A DNA stretch of 64,000 nt from contig JADBKN010000001.1 of NCBI GenBank assembly GCA_014896375.1, forward strand, positions 274-64,273, in the 5' to 3' direction. Of the stretch, positions 12,721 through 21,809 are shown one piece after another; positions within the stretch are counted from its first letter, which is position 1, and each line of letters opens with the position of its first letter. Source of the stretch: Bacillota bacterium (GTDB lineage Bacteria; Bacillota; Sulfobacillia; RBS10-35; Bu92). The notes under the pieces are model-generated. The model worked only from the letters and a program-made list of their open reading frames with translations, was not told where the DNA came from and did not search any database. The position numbers and the translations under genes are program-made.

Positions 12721-13500
12721 ATGCTGGCGCAGAGTGGCGCCCGTAGGGGCGACCTGACCACGATCGTCGGCGCTGGAGCTGAGATCCGCGGCACCGTGGC
12801 CTGTCCGGGCCGTGGCCTGATGCGCATTGAAGGTCGCGTGGAAGGCGAGGTCGTCTCCGCCGGCCACGTGGAGGTGGCGGAGTCGGGTGAAGTCGCGGGC
12901 GTGATCCGCGCGCACGACCTCACCGTGTCTGGCGTGGTGCGGGGCGACGTGCACGTCTCGGGACGCTTGGAGCTGCGCGCCACGGCGCGGCTCTTCGGGC
13001 AGCACATCCGGATGCGGTCGCTGGTCGTGGCGGAGGGTGCCGTCTTCCAGGGCCGGTGCGAGATCGTGCGAGGGGCGGGGGATGCGGGAGCCGCGGAGGC
13101 GGCGGAGGCCGAGGGCGCGGCGGAGGCTGCGGCGGCGGCCGCGGCCGTGGGGGCGGCCGGGGCCGCGGACAGCGAGGATGCAGCGGAGGGTGCCGTGGCC
13201 TTCGGGTGGCCCGATCCAGCGGCGGATGGGGACGCCGCCCTAGCCCTGAACCGGGCGCAGGCCGGGGTGCAAAAAGGCCGGCCATCCGCCTTTGGGCTGG
13301 ACCGCGGCGAGGATGGGGACGCGGAGGCAGACGAGGGGCACGCCGAGCTGGAGGATGCGCCGCTTACCGGTGCGGCTCCGGTGGGCCACGACCGGCCGGC
13401 CGGTGCTCCGCGCGCCGCCCGCGGGGCACGCGCGGACACTCTTCGCGGGCCCGCGGCCGTGGACGGGCGCCGCGTGCTCTGGTCGCGGAAGCGGCCGTGA
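12721..13500 (+). CDS. Bactofilin (polymer-forming cytoskeletal protein) with long Ala/acidic C-terminal tail
   Basis: Beta-helix repeats TTIVGAGAEIRGTV...RIEGRVEGEV...VSGVVRGDV...LVVAEGAVFQGRC. Confidence 0.85.
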   Translation: MLAQSGARRGDLTTIVGAGAEIRGTVACPGRGLMRIEGRVEGEVVSAGHVEVAESGEVAGVIRAHDLTVSGVVRGDVHVSGRLELRATARLFGQHIRMRSLVVAEGAVFQGRCEIVRGAGDAGAAEAAEAEGAAEAAAAAAAVGAAGAADSEDAAEGAVAFGWPDPAADGDAALALNRAQAGVQKGRPSAFGLDRGEDGDAEADEGHAELEDAPLTGAAPVGHDRPAGAPRAARGARADTLRGPAAVDGRRVLWSRKRP

Positions 13501-13990
13501 GCCGTAGGCAGCGGGTAAGGCGCGTGCCGGCGCCACATGTGGCGGGCGCGGCAGGGCATGGTGAGCGGCCAGGCCGGCGACTGCGGTAGGCCCGCCGGCT
13601 GGCTGCGGCGCGGGGCGCGGCGGGGGCTTGCGCGTGGGCTTGGGTGCTGCGCGGGGCTGGCTGCGAGCGGGAGGCGGCCCTTTAAGTGCGGATCGGCCGC
13701 TATGGGCCTCGAGGGGCCTTAAACTCGTTGCAGGGGGGCGCTCGTGGAAGTCTAAGGTACCAAAAGCACTCAACGCTCCGGCTCATGCGACGGGCGCGTC
13801 GAAGGGGGTCGTCGCCGCCCCGCGCACCTCGGCCGCCGCGCCGTTCGCGCACACCCACCGCAGCCGCGCCGCAGCTGCGCCCCGCCACGGCGGCCGCGCC
13901 GTCACACCACAGCAGCCGCGCCACGCCAGCCGCGACCTCGACCGCGCCCGCCCAAGCCTCCCGCGCCGCTGCACGCGCTCACGCGCCGTC

Positions 13991-14060
13991 GCGCCGTCCC
14001 GTGCCGTCCCACGCCGTCCCGTTCAGCCCCGTGCCATCCCGTGCGGTCATGTGCCGTCCT
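13991..14060. repeat. Degenerate 10-bp tandem repeat (about 7 x GTGCCGTCCC)
   Basis: Units read gcgccgtccc gtgccgtccc acgccgtccc gttcagcccc gtgccatccc gtgcggtcat gtgccgtcct. Confidence 0.75.
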
Positions 14061-14154
14061 CCGTGCGCCGTCACACTTCGTTGAAAATTGCCGCGCATGA
14101 TGACGCTCAAATCGAGCGTGCGAACGTCGTGCGCTCGTGCGGAGGTGTCGCCGT

Positions 14155-14472
14155 ATGCCCACGACCGCGCCGGATGCCCCGCGTCCACGACGCGCGCGCC
14201 TGTACCGCTGGTTCGTCACGGCGGCGAGCGTGGTGGCCTTCGCGGGCTTGTCCGTCGACATGGCGGCGTCTGCACCGCCGCCGATGCCGGCCGCCCAGCC
14301 TTCGAGTCCCGGGCAGCTCGCCCCCGGCGGGGGCCTTCCCGACCGGCTCGGTTCCGACTTCGTCCGTCACCGGCGCCACCACTTCCGCGACTTGCCGGGC
14401 GGCCAGAGTGGCTCGCCGTTCCTCGCGCCCGGCCAGCAGGCGCCGGCCTTCGAGCCGACGGGGCCGTCATGA
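14155..14472 (+). CDS. Small exported or membrane-anchored protein, candidate ApbE flavinylation substrate
   Basis: GGAGGTG RBS, then RPRRAR followed by a hydrophobic stretch, and a Pro/Gly-rich tail ending TGPS. The stop overlaps the apbE start (ATGA). Confidence 0.65.
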   Translation: MPTTAPDAPRPRRARLYRWFVTAASVVAFAGLSVDMAASAPPPMPAAQPSSPGQLAPGGGLPDRLGSDFVRHRRHHFRDLPGGQSGSPFLAPGQQAPAFEPTGPS

Positions 14473-15458
14473 TCGCAACCTTCCGCGGTGCCGCGGCCTT
14501 GCCCGGTGTCGCCCTCTACACCTTCGGGGCGATGAACACCGAAGTGCGGGTGCTGGTGGCCGGGTCGCCGGACGATGCAGACCGCGCCGGACGTCTCGTG
14601 CAGACCGTCTTCCAGGCCTACGAAGTGAATCTCAGCCGCTTCCTGCCCTCAAGCGCGCTCACGCGCCTCAATCGAGACGGCGTGTTGGATCACCCACCGC
14701 GGCTGCTGGTGCGGGCGCTCCGTCGTGCGAGAACATGGCAGGCGCGCTTGCCCGGGTGGTTCGATCCCACCGTGCTGCCGGCCCTGGAGCGCGCGGGCTA
14801 CGATCGGTCGTTCGAGACACTGCGGGCGGCCGCCGAGCCAGCGGCGCCGCGTGGAGGTGGGGACGCGCCGCCCGGGGGTGAGGACGAGGATGAGGATGTG
14901 GATGTGGATGAGCATGTGACCTTGAGCGCCGGCGAGTGGCTGTTGGAGGCCGGGCCCCGGCGCGTGCGCCTGGCTCCGGGGGTGCGCGTCGACCTCGGCG
15001 GCATCGGCAAGGGACTGGCCGTGGACGACGCGCTCAAGGCGCTCGCCCGCGCCGGGTTCGCCGATGTGCTCGTGAATGCCGGCGGCGACATGCGCGCATG
15101 CGGCGGCCCGCCGGGGCTCGACGCCTGGCCGGCCGCCGTGCTGCACCCCCTTCTGCCGGGCCGCCCCTTGCGTGAGGTCCGGCTGCGCGACGCCGCTCTC
15201 GCGACCTCCTCCACGCTGAGGCGCCGCTGGGTCCGGCAGGGCGAGATGCGCCATCACCTCATCGATCCGCGCACCGGGCGGCCGGCGGCCTCGCCGTGGG
15301 TGTCGGTTACCGCGTGGGCACCGGATGCGGAGACGGCGGACGCCGCCGCGAAGGCCATGCTCATCGCCGGCCCCGGGGGTGCGGCGCGCGTGGCGGCCTT
15401 GCTTCCAGAAGCGCGGTTCCTCTGCGTGCGGGCGGATGGCGGGGTGGAGGAGTGGTGA
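14469..15458 (+). CDS. apbE: FAD:protein FMN transferase (ApbE family), no obvious signal peptide
   Basis: Motifs FGAMNT, LSRFLPSSALTRLN, FDPTV, DLGGIGKG, VNAGGD, ATSS, HHLIDPRTG and ADAAAK. Confidence 0.92.
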   Translation: MIATFRGAAALPGVALYTFGAMNTEVRVLVAGSPDDADRAGRLVQTVFQAYEVNLSRFLPSSALTRLNRDGVLDHPPRLLVRALRRARTWQARLPGWFDPTVLPALERAGYDRSFETLRAAAEPAAPRGGGDAPPGGEDEDEDVDVDEHVTLSAGEWLLEAGPRRVRLAPGVRVDLGGIGKGLAVDDALKALARAGFADVLVNAGGDMRACGGPPGLDAWPAAVLHPLLPGRPLREVRLRDAALATSSTLRRRWVRQGEMRHHLIDPRTGRPAASPWVSVTAWAPDAETADAAAKAMLIAGPGGAARVAALLPEARFLCVRADGGVEEW

Positions 15459-16012
15459 ACGTGACGCTGCCGCCGGCCCTCTTCAGCAACCAGTTCTTCT
15501 GGTTTGTCACGCGCGCCTCAGGCGTTCTCGCCCTGGCGCTTCTCTTGCTGTCCGCGGTGTGGGGCGTCGCGATTCGGGCCGGGCACTGGGACCGTTGGAT
15601 GGCGCGCTGGGACGTGCAGGATCTGCATCGCTACGTCTCTTGGCTGGCGTGCGGATTCCTCCTGATTCACGTGACGGCGCTGTTGGGCGACCGCTTTGTG
15701 GGCTTCGGCCTGGCGGACCTCCTCGTGCCCTTCCACTCCTCCTACGCCGAGCCTTACACCGGGTTGGGCGTGGTGGCGCTGTATCTTTTGGTGGCGGTCA
15801 TGGTCACGTCGTACCTCACGCGCGCACTGCGCTACCGGCAGTGGCTGGCCTGGCACCGCCTATCGTACGTGGTGGTGCTGCTCGTCCTCCTCCACGCGCT
15901 CGGCACCGGTACCGACCGCTTCAAGTGGTGGATGCTGGCCGTCTGCGCGATCGGGGCCGCGTCGCTGGCGGCGGGCTGGCGCGCGAGGCGCTCTTGGGCC
16001 AAGAAGACGTGA
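15455..16012 (+). CDS. Ferric reductase-like / MsrQ-like heme-b membrane protein
   Basis: WFVTRASG start and His motifs DLHR, LIH, WLAWHRLSY and LLHALGTGTD. About 5-6 TM segments; overlaps the apbE stop (GTGA). Confidence 0.85.
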   Translation: MNVTLPPALFSNQFFWFVTRASGVLALALLLLSAVWGVAIRAGHWDRWMARWDVQDLHRYVSWLACGFLLIHVTALLGDRFVGFGLADLLVPFHSSYAEPYTGLGVVALYLLVAVMVTSYLTRALRYRQWLAWHRLSYVVVLLVLLHALGTGTDRFKWWMLAVCAIGAASLAAGWRARRSWAKKT

Positions 16013-16025
16013 GCACAGAGCGGAG

Positions 16026-16523
16026 TCACTGGCTGGGACTCGTACCGCGCGCGAAAGCGTAGGACGCCTGCACGATGGTCCAAACCACCTCCAGCTCCTC
16101 CTCGTCCCGCGGTCCGTAGACCATCATGGCCGTGGGCGGCAGCCAACCTCGGCGCGCGACCGGATGCAACTCGCCCCAACCCTTGGCGGCCACCACGCGG
16201 GCTGTGGCTTCGGGCAGCATGAGATGCAGGCTCCCGTCATAGGGCGGGTGCAGGTGGGCAAACTCCCGGCCGATCATGAACGCCTCCGGTGGTCCGGCCG
16301 CCAGCCCCTCATCGAGGATGAAGGCCCGGGCTCCCGGGACGGAGATCCCGCTGGGACCGACGCGCACCCCGGGCAGGGCCCGGGCCTGCTCAAATAGAGC
16401 CTCCTGCAACCAGGGAGGAGCGTTCTGGTCCAGCTGCTGATGGGGGTTCGTCCGGGTGGTCCGCGGCCGTGGACCCCGACGTTCGGGTAAGGACTCGATC
16501 GCCGAGAAGGAAACCGTCATCAC
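16026..16523 (-). CDS. DUF5519 / luciferase-like domain protein
   Basis: Motifs GREFAHLHPPYDGSLHLMLP, GWGELHP and MVYGPRDEEELEVV. Confidence 0.75.
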   Translation of the reverse strand: MMTVSFSAIESLPERRGPRPRTTRTNPHQQLDQNAPPWLQEALFEQARALPGVRVGPSGISVPGARAFILDEGLAAGPPEAFMIGREFAHLHPPYDGSLHLMLPEATARVVAAKGWGELHPVARRGWLPPTAMMVYGPRDEEELEVVWTIVQASYAFARGTSPSQ

Positions 16524-16558
16524 CGAACCTCCGCATCCACTCCACCGCGATATCGGTT

Positions 16559-17209
16559 TCAGTCGCTGGTGACGGCTCGTTCGACGGCCGCCCGCAGCCG
16601 CTCATAGGGGAGAGCGCCAGAAATCCGCCACCGGTTTTGCAAGACCAGGGCGGGTACGGCATAGATTGCCCAGAGCGCCGCCAATTGCCGGTCTGCGGCA
16701 AGTATTTCCCGGGCTTGCGGCCCGTCCATCGTCTCGGCAAAGAGGCCCAGGTCGAAGCCGCACTCCTGGGCGATGTCCAACAAGGTGTCCCGGTCGGCGA
16801 TGTCGCGGCACTCGGTCAAGTGGGCCTGCTGGACGCGCTGGAAATACCGCCCATGTCCCTCGTTGCCCTCCAGGATCTGGGCCGCAGCACACGCGAGGAG
16901 ACCCGGGGTCGAATGGGGGTACGGGAAGGGCCGCTGGGCCATGAGATCGGGGCGAATCCGCCCCTCCTCATCGTCGTGGGCCGCCGCCTGTTGCCAGTGA
17001 CCCAGGATCTCCCGTTTCGCCTCCTCCCGGGAGCCGAACATGCGCACCAGGTCGTCTGGTTCCGGTGCGAGGGCAAACGTGTGGTGGCGCAGGTCGACCT
17101 CCACACCCCGATCCTGCAGCTCCCCAACCAAGCGCTCCAGCCGCGGCGACAGGACATAACACCAGGCGCACAGCACGTCGTGAAAGAAGTCGATCCGTAA
17201 CGTGGCCAT
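16559..17209 (-). CDS. DsbA/FrnE-family thiol oxidoreductase
   Basis: IDFFHDVLCAWCY (CxxC), a cis-Pro region AVP, and ISGALP. AGGAGG RBS. Confidence 0.88.
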   Translation of the reverse strand: MATLRIDFFHDVLCAWCYVLSPRLERLVGELQDRGVEVDLRHHTFALAPEPDDLVRMFGSREEAKREILGHWQQAAAHDDEEGRIRPDLMAQRPFPYPHSTPGLLACAAAQILEGNEGHGRYFQRVQQAHLTECRDIADRDTLLDIAQECGFDLGLFAETMDGPQAREILAADRQLAALWAIYAVPALVLQNRWRISGALPYERLRAAVERAVTSD

Positions 17210-17282
17210 CTCGGTCTGCCTCCTGAACCGGAGCGGTGAGGGTCGCACCGGCGACTCGCTGGCCGCTCGACGCGATGACCAC

Positions 17283-17480
17283 TCATCCGCGGGCAGCCGG
17301 CGCCAGAACTGCGGCCCTCTCTTGAGCCAGCGGCGGCCTGCAGTCGTCTTCTTCCTCCCAGACCGCCTCACCGGTGGTGGGATCCCAACGGGCACCTTCC
17401 AGCGCCCGGGTAAGAGCAGGGCCGAAGGGTTGGAGGGGACGAAGAGCGCCCTCCGCAAGTCGCACCTGTAGCTCCGGCAA
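17283..17480 (-). pseudogene. Internal fragment of a conserved hypothetical protein
   Basis: The frame reads ELQVRLAEGALRPLQPFGPALTRALEGARWDPTTGEAVWEEEDDCRPPLAQERAAVL, then ends early. No credible start. Confidence 0.5.
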
Positions 17481-17573
17481 GGGTCGAGTCAACCCCCTTT
17501 TCGGGTTGGAAGGTCCCCCTATGCGTGATCCGCCCACGGTGTCACCTGAACCCAATTCCGTCAGAAGCTCCGG

Positions 17574-18305
17574 TCAATCCACGAAAGGCCCGTAGAAGCG
17601 GATGGCCTCATGCTGGCGCGGGCCGGCGATCCACGCCGCGCGCGCCGGATCAACGGCACGCAGCTCCACGGACGGTTCATCCCTCACCACGGCCACCGAC
17701 TGCCGATGGACCAGCTGGTCACCCAGGCTGACCGCGCCCTCCAGCACGTAGAGGATCCCGGTCCAGTCTGCCGGCAGTTCCTCCCGCCAGGTGGCGCCGC
17801 CCGCCCACTGCACGTCCACGTAGCGGATCGGCGTGTGCAACAGCACCGCTCCTCCTTCGCCCCCGATCACGCGCACGCGGCCCCCGGCAAAAGTATGCTC
17901 CGGCACGTCGGCGGCCTCCCGGGCCTCCGCTTCCGGAGACAGGCCCTTGAGACGCCGTGGGAGGTTGACCCAGAGCTGCAAGCCGCGGGTGAGGCGATCA
18001 CCCAACGGATACTCGGAGTGGGTGACGCCTCGCCCGCAGGTGATGCGCATCACGCCGCCGCTGCGGCAGGCGACTTCCAGACCCGTGCTGTCGCGGTGGG
18101 CGAAACCGCCCTGCACCATGTAGGTGATGATCTCGAAGCCGCGGTGCGGGTGTTCGGGAAAGCTGGCGTCCGGTGGCACATGGAAGTCGTCGATGAGGAC
18201 GAAGGGATCCGTCTCCGGCCAGGCGAGGAGGTCGGTCGGAAAGGCACGCGCCATGACGGCGCCGATGCCCTCAGGGGTCCTACGTGCAGGATAGACGTTG
18301 ATCAC
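17574..18305 (-). CDS. Pirin family protein
   Basis: Motifs DPFVLIDDF, FPEHPHRGFEIITY, HRDSTG, GRGVTHSE and GLQLWVNLP. Confidence 0.92.
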   Translation of the reverse strand: MINVYPARRTPEGIGAVMARAFPTDLLAWPETDPFVLIDDFHVPPDASFPEHPHRGFEIITYMVQGGFAHRDSTGLEVACRSGGVMRITCGRGVTHSEYPLGDRLTRGLQLWVNLPRRLKGLSPEAEAREAADVPEHTFAGGRVRVIGGEGGAVLLHTPIRYVDVQWAGGATWREELPADWTGILYVLEGAVSLGDQLVHRQSVAVVRDEPSVELRAVDPARAAWIAGPRQHEAIRFYGPFVD

Positions 18306-18407
18306 GAGAGCAGTCCCTCCTCGGCGATCTTGTCCCTGCCGGCGCGACGCATCCGGAACGCTCCGCATAAGGCGGGCCGTGCGCGCCGCTGCAACCTTGC
18401 CGTCGAC

Positions 18408-18782
18408 TCACCACTTCCAGCTGGGCACGGCCAAGAGCATGACCAGCGCTGCGGCCAGAGCGAAGTTCTTCAGAAAGTTGGCCATCTGGTTGGTCTTGGA
18501 CATCGGATCTTCCTCGACCCAGAAGTTGTGCATCAGGACAGCTGCAGCCACAAGGAACAGCGCCGTGACGCCGATGCCCCACGGCACGAGGAAGCCGAAG
18601 AGGATCGAGACGCCGCCGAAGAGGAGCATAAGTCCGGTCACGACCACGGCGAGCCCAGGCGCCGGCACCTTCTTGTACCGCGTGTACTCGGTCATCATCT
18701 TCAAGTTGGAAAAGTGGTTCACCCCGTTGAACAAGAGATACAGGGCGAGCACCACCCTGGCTACGTCGACCGCGATCTGCAT
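18408..18782 (-). CDS. DoxX family membrane protein
   Basis: Four TM segments, with NGVNHF, MHNFW and QMANFLKNFAL. AAGGAGG RBS. Confidence 0.88.
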   Translation of the reverse strand: MQIAVDVARVVLALYLLFNGVNHFSNLKMMTEYTRYKKVPAPGLAVVVTGLMLLFGGVSILFGFLVPWGIGVTALFLVAAAVLMHNFWVEEDPMSKTNQMANFLKNFALAAALVMLLAVPSWKW

Positions 18783-18833
18783 CGCCGCCATTCCTCCTTT
18801 AAGGGTTTTGGGTGCGGCGCTCCGGCCGCCCCG

Positions 18834-18857
18834 TGCTACTATATTAATGCAAGCGAC
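18834..18857 (+). promoter_or_regulatory. Putative operator, copy 2 (TGCTACTATATTAATGCAAGCGAC), in the divergent doxX/hxlR promoter
   Basis: 22/24 identical to 11759-11782. A weaker tandem copy, CTATGCATGTGCAA, follows it. Confidence 0.7.
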
Positions 18858-18920
18858 TATGCATGTGCAATTACAGGATATGCGGTGGCCGCACGGGTGA
18901 CGACAGGCGGAGGAGGTACA

Positions 18921-19316
18921 ATGCCTGTAGCAACAAAAACGGAGGCGATGCGGGTGGAAGTGTGCCCGCTGGCACGCACGGCCGCGTTGATCGGCGACGT
19001 CTACGTCCTTCTCATCCTCCGCGACCTGGCCGCCGGGCCGCAGCGGTTCACGTCGCTGGCGCGGTCGGTGGGTGTGAACCCGCGCACGCTCAGCAACCGG
19101 TTGCGGCGCATGGAGAGGGAGGGCCTCGTGGCGCGCCGCCACTACGCTGAGATCCCGCCGCGGGTGGAATACTCCCTGACGGACAAGGGGGAGTCCCTTT
19201 TGCCCATCCTCCACATGATGCGTCTCTGGGGCGAGCAATGGTTGATGGGCGGGACGCCTCGCCGTAAGCGCACGGCGCAGGGCTCCGCGGCGCTCGAAAC
19301 GCCCGCGGGCGCTTAG
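18921..19316 (+). CDS. HxlR/DUF24 (YodB/HypR-like) redox-sensing winged-HTH regulator
   Basis: N-terminal Cys in VCPLARTAALIG, plus RFTSL, NPRTLSNRLRRME and EIPPRVEYSLTDKG. Confidence 0.9.
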   Translation: MPVATKTEAMRVEVCPLARTAALIGDVYVLLILRDLAAGPQRFTSLARSVGVNPRTLSNRLRRMEREGLVARRHYAEIPPRVEYSLTDKGESLLPILHMMRLWGEQWLMGGTPRRKRTAQGSAALETPAGA

Positions 19317-19486
19317 CGGCCTTCTAAGGCGGATGTCGAGCCGGATGTGAGGATCGCCCTGGCTCGGGCGGATCGTGACGGTTCCCGTGCCCCTGGCCGC
19401 CATTGGGCGGAAGGCGTCACGGCGGCGACGGTCGAACATCAACGGCAATCACCAGCCACCGGTGGATGAGGGCGGGGGGAAAGCCG

Positions 19487-20200
19487 TTGACGACGGCGGA
19501 AGCGCGTGGCGCCGCGGCCGGCGTGGCCGTAGCCGCCCGCGGCGTCTCGAAAGCCTACCACCGAGGCGGGGAGACCATCTGGGCCCTGCGCCGCCTGGAT
19601 CTCGATGTCCCCGAAGGCGCCTTTCTGGCCGTGACCGGCCCTTCCGGCTGCGGCAAGACGACGCTCCTCTCGGTGCTCGGCACGTTGGAGCGGCCCACAT
19701 TCGGCGACGTCTTCATCGACGGGCAACGGGTGACGGGCCTTAGCGAGGACCGGCTGGCCGAGGTGCGCCGTAAGAAGATCGGCTTCGTCTTCCAGACCTT
19801 CTACCTCATCGACTACCTCACGGCACTTGAAAACGTGGCCGTGGCGCTGCGCTTTCAGGGGTTGTCGAAACGGGCGCAGCGGGAGCGGGCGCAGGAGCTT
19901 CTGGAGCTCGTGGGCCTGGGCGACCGCATCCACCACCTGCCGCGGGAACTCTCCGGCGGCCAGCAGCAGCGCGTGGCCATCGCACGGGCGCTGGCGGCGG
20001 AGCCGAAGGTGATCCTCGCCGACGAGCCCACCGGGAACCTGGACCAGTCCTCCACCGCCCAGATCCTGAAAGTCTTCGAAAAGATCCATGCGGCGGGCCA
20101 GACGCTCGTCGTGGTGACGCACGACGCGCGCGTGGCCGACGCGGCCGAGCACCGCCTGCGCCTCCTGGACGGCGCTGTGGTGGACAGCACACTGGAGTAG
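19487..20200 (+). CDS. ABC transporter ATP-binding protein (LolD/MacB type)
   Basis: Motifs [34 protein letters not shown] and VVTHD. Confidence 0.93.
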   Translation: MTTAEARGAAAGVAVAARGVSKAYHRGGETIWALRRLDLDVPEGAFLAVTGPSGCGKTTLLSVLGTLERPTFGDVFIDGQRVTGLSEDRLAEVRRKKIGFVFQTFYLIDYLTALENVAVALRFQGLSKRAQRERAQELLELVGLGDRIHHLPRELSGGQQQRVAIARALAAEPKVILADEPTGNLDQSSTAQILKVFEKIHAAGQTLVVVTHDARVADAAEHRLRLLDGAVVDSTLE

Positions 20201-20210
20201 GGGGCGGGAC

Positions 20211-21809
20211 GTGCTCTGGGACCTGGGACTTCTCCACGTCCGCCGCCAGCGCCAGCGCCACATGCTGGCCGTCATGAGCGCGGCCGTGGCGATGATCATG
20301 CTGCTCGTCTCCACCGTGCTGTCCCAGGGCACGGTGGCCTGGGTGGCGGGTGCGGAGCGGGCCTTCCTGGGCGGCGATATCCTCGTGCTTCCCCAGGTGC
20401 TGGCCGTGCCGGGCATGCACCCACGAGCGGACGCGCAGTGGCGGTGGACGTCGTGGTCGTGGGACGAGCCGGGTCCGCTCGCCTTCTTCATGCCCTGGAT
20501 CTTCACGCAGGGCGCCGTCGTCCAGCCGGGCGGCTCCGCGCAGCCGGAGAGCGCCGCGCAACCAGGCGGCGCGCCGCTCAAGGCGCTGGAGGCGGAGATC
20601 GCACGCCAGGCGAACGTCCGCGCCATCTACCCCTACTACGCGATGCCGGCCCTCTGGACCGTGAACGGCCGGACGGTGCGCGTGTGGCTGCACGCGCGCG
20701 TCCCGGAACTCGACGCGGCGAGCGGCTGGAACCGCTACCTCTCCGCCGGCCGGCCGCTCTCCGCGGCCGCGGACTTCACGGCGCTCGTCGACGGCTACCG
20801 GCACCGGCTGGAGAGCGACGCGGCGAAGGCGTACGGCTACGACCGCTACAACGGCCGGTGGCTCGTGGCGCCGGACGGGGACCCGACCATCGTGGACTGG
20901 CCCGTGCCGCCTCTGGGCTCCGACATCCGCCTGCAGGTGCCGCGCGCCGGCACGGCCGGCTTCGACTTCACCCGCCTGGAGGACGTGACGCTCACCGTGC
21001 GCGGCCTCTACCAGCTGGAGGACGGCATCTACGACTGGACCACCCACGGCGTCACGAACCAGGGCTACACGCCAGGCATCTACCGCGACCTGAAATGCTC
21101 GCCCTGCATGTGGACGAAGGAACCGGCCGTCTGGTCGACGACGAACATCGAGGTCTCCCTGGCCACGCTGCGCGCCGTGGCGGCGAAAGTCGGCGCGCAC
21201 CTGGAGCCGCAGGCGCTGCTCGTGCAGGTGAAGGATCCGGCGTCTCTCCACCGGACCGTCGACGCGCTGCGGGACGCGCTGCCCGCCACCGTGCTCTCCG
21301 TGCCGGAGATGGCGCAGGAGCACGCGTTGGACTTCATCCCGAGCGTGGCCACGCCCCACGACGATCTGAGCCTCCTGCACCGTGTGGGCATGGATCCGCC
21401 GCCCCTGGACGCGCCGCCGCCCGCGTGGATGCGCTCCACGCTTCTGGGGTTGGGACTGGCCATGACGGCGCTGCTCTTCTTCGCCAACGTCTTCGTCCTT
21501 CTCTACACGCGGCAGAAGGAGTTCGCGACCTTCAGAGTGCTCGGCGCGCGCCGCAGTCAGCTCCTCAGCCTCGTCGCCGCCGAGGTGTTCGCCGTGTCCT
21601 TCGCCGGCGCGGTCTTGGGCGGGCTCGTGATGCTGCCGATGACGTCCTACCAGGTGGGCACGGCGCACGGTTGGACGGCCGTCTTCACGCAATTGGCGTA
21701 CGTGATGGAGCTGGGGTTTGTGGTCTCCCTGGCGAGCGCCACGGCCGGCGTGCTCTTCGGCGTCATCGTCGTCCGCCGCTCGCCGTGGGGGGTGCTGAAG
21801 AGTGACTGA
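20211..21809 (+). CDS. FtsX/MacB-like ABC permease with large extracytoplasmic domain
   Basis: TM1, a long soluble domain, then [13 protein letters not shown] and C-terminal TM segments. Confidence 0.8.
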   Translation: MLWDLGLLHVRRQRQRHMLAVMSAAVAMIMLLVSTVLSQGTVAWVAGAERAFLGGDILVLPQVLAVPGMHPRADAQWRWTSWSWDEPGPLAFFMPWIFTQGAVVQPGGSAQPESAAQPGGAPLKALEAEIARQANVRAIYPYYAMPALWTVNGRTVRVWLHARVPELDAASGWNRYLSAGRPLSAAADFTALVDGYRHRLESDAAKAYGYDRYNGRWLVAPDGDPTIVDWPVPPLGSDIRLQVPRAGTAGFDFTRLEDVTLTVRGLYQLEDGIYDWTTHGVTNQGYTPGIYRDLKCSPCMWTKEPAVWSTTNIEVSLATLRAVAAKVGAHLEPQALLVQVKDPASLHRTVDALRDALPATVLSVPEMAQEHALDFIPSVATPHDDLSLLHRVGMDPPPLDAPPPAWMRSTLLGLGLAMTALLFFANVFVLLYTRQKEFATFRVLGARRSQLLSLVAAEVFAVSFAGAVLGGLVMLPMTSYQVGTAHGWTAVFTQLAYVMELGFVVSLASATAGVLFGVIVVRRSPWGVLKSD

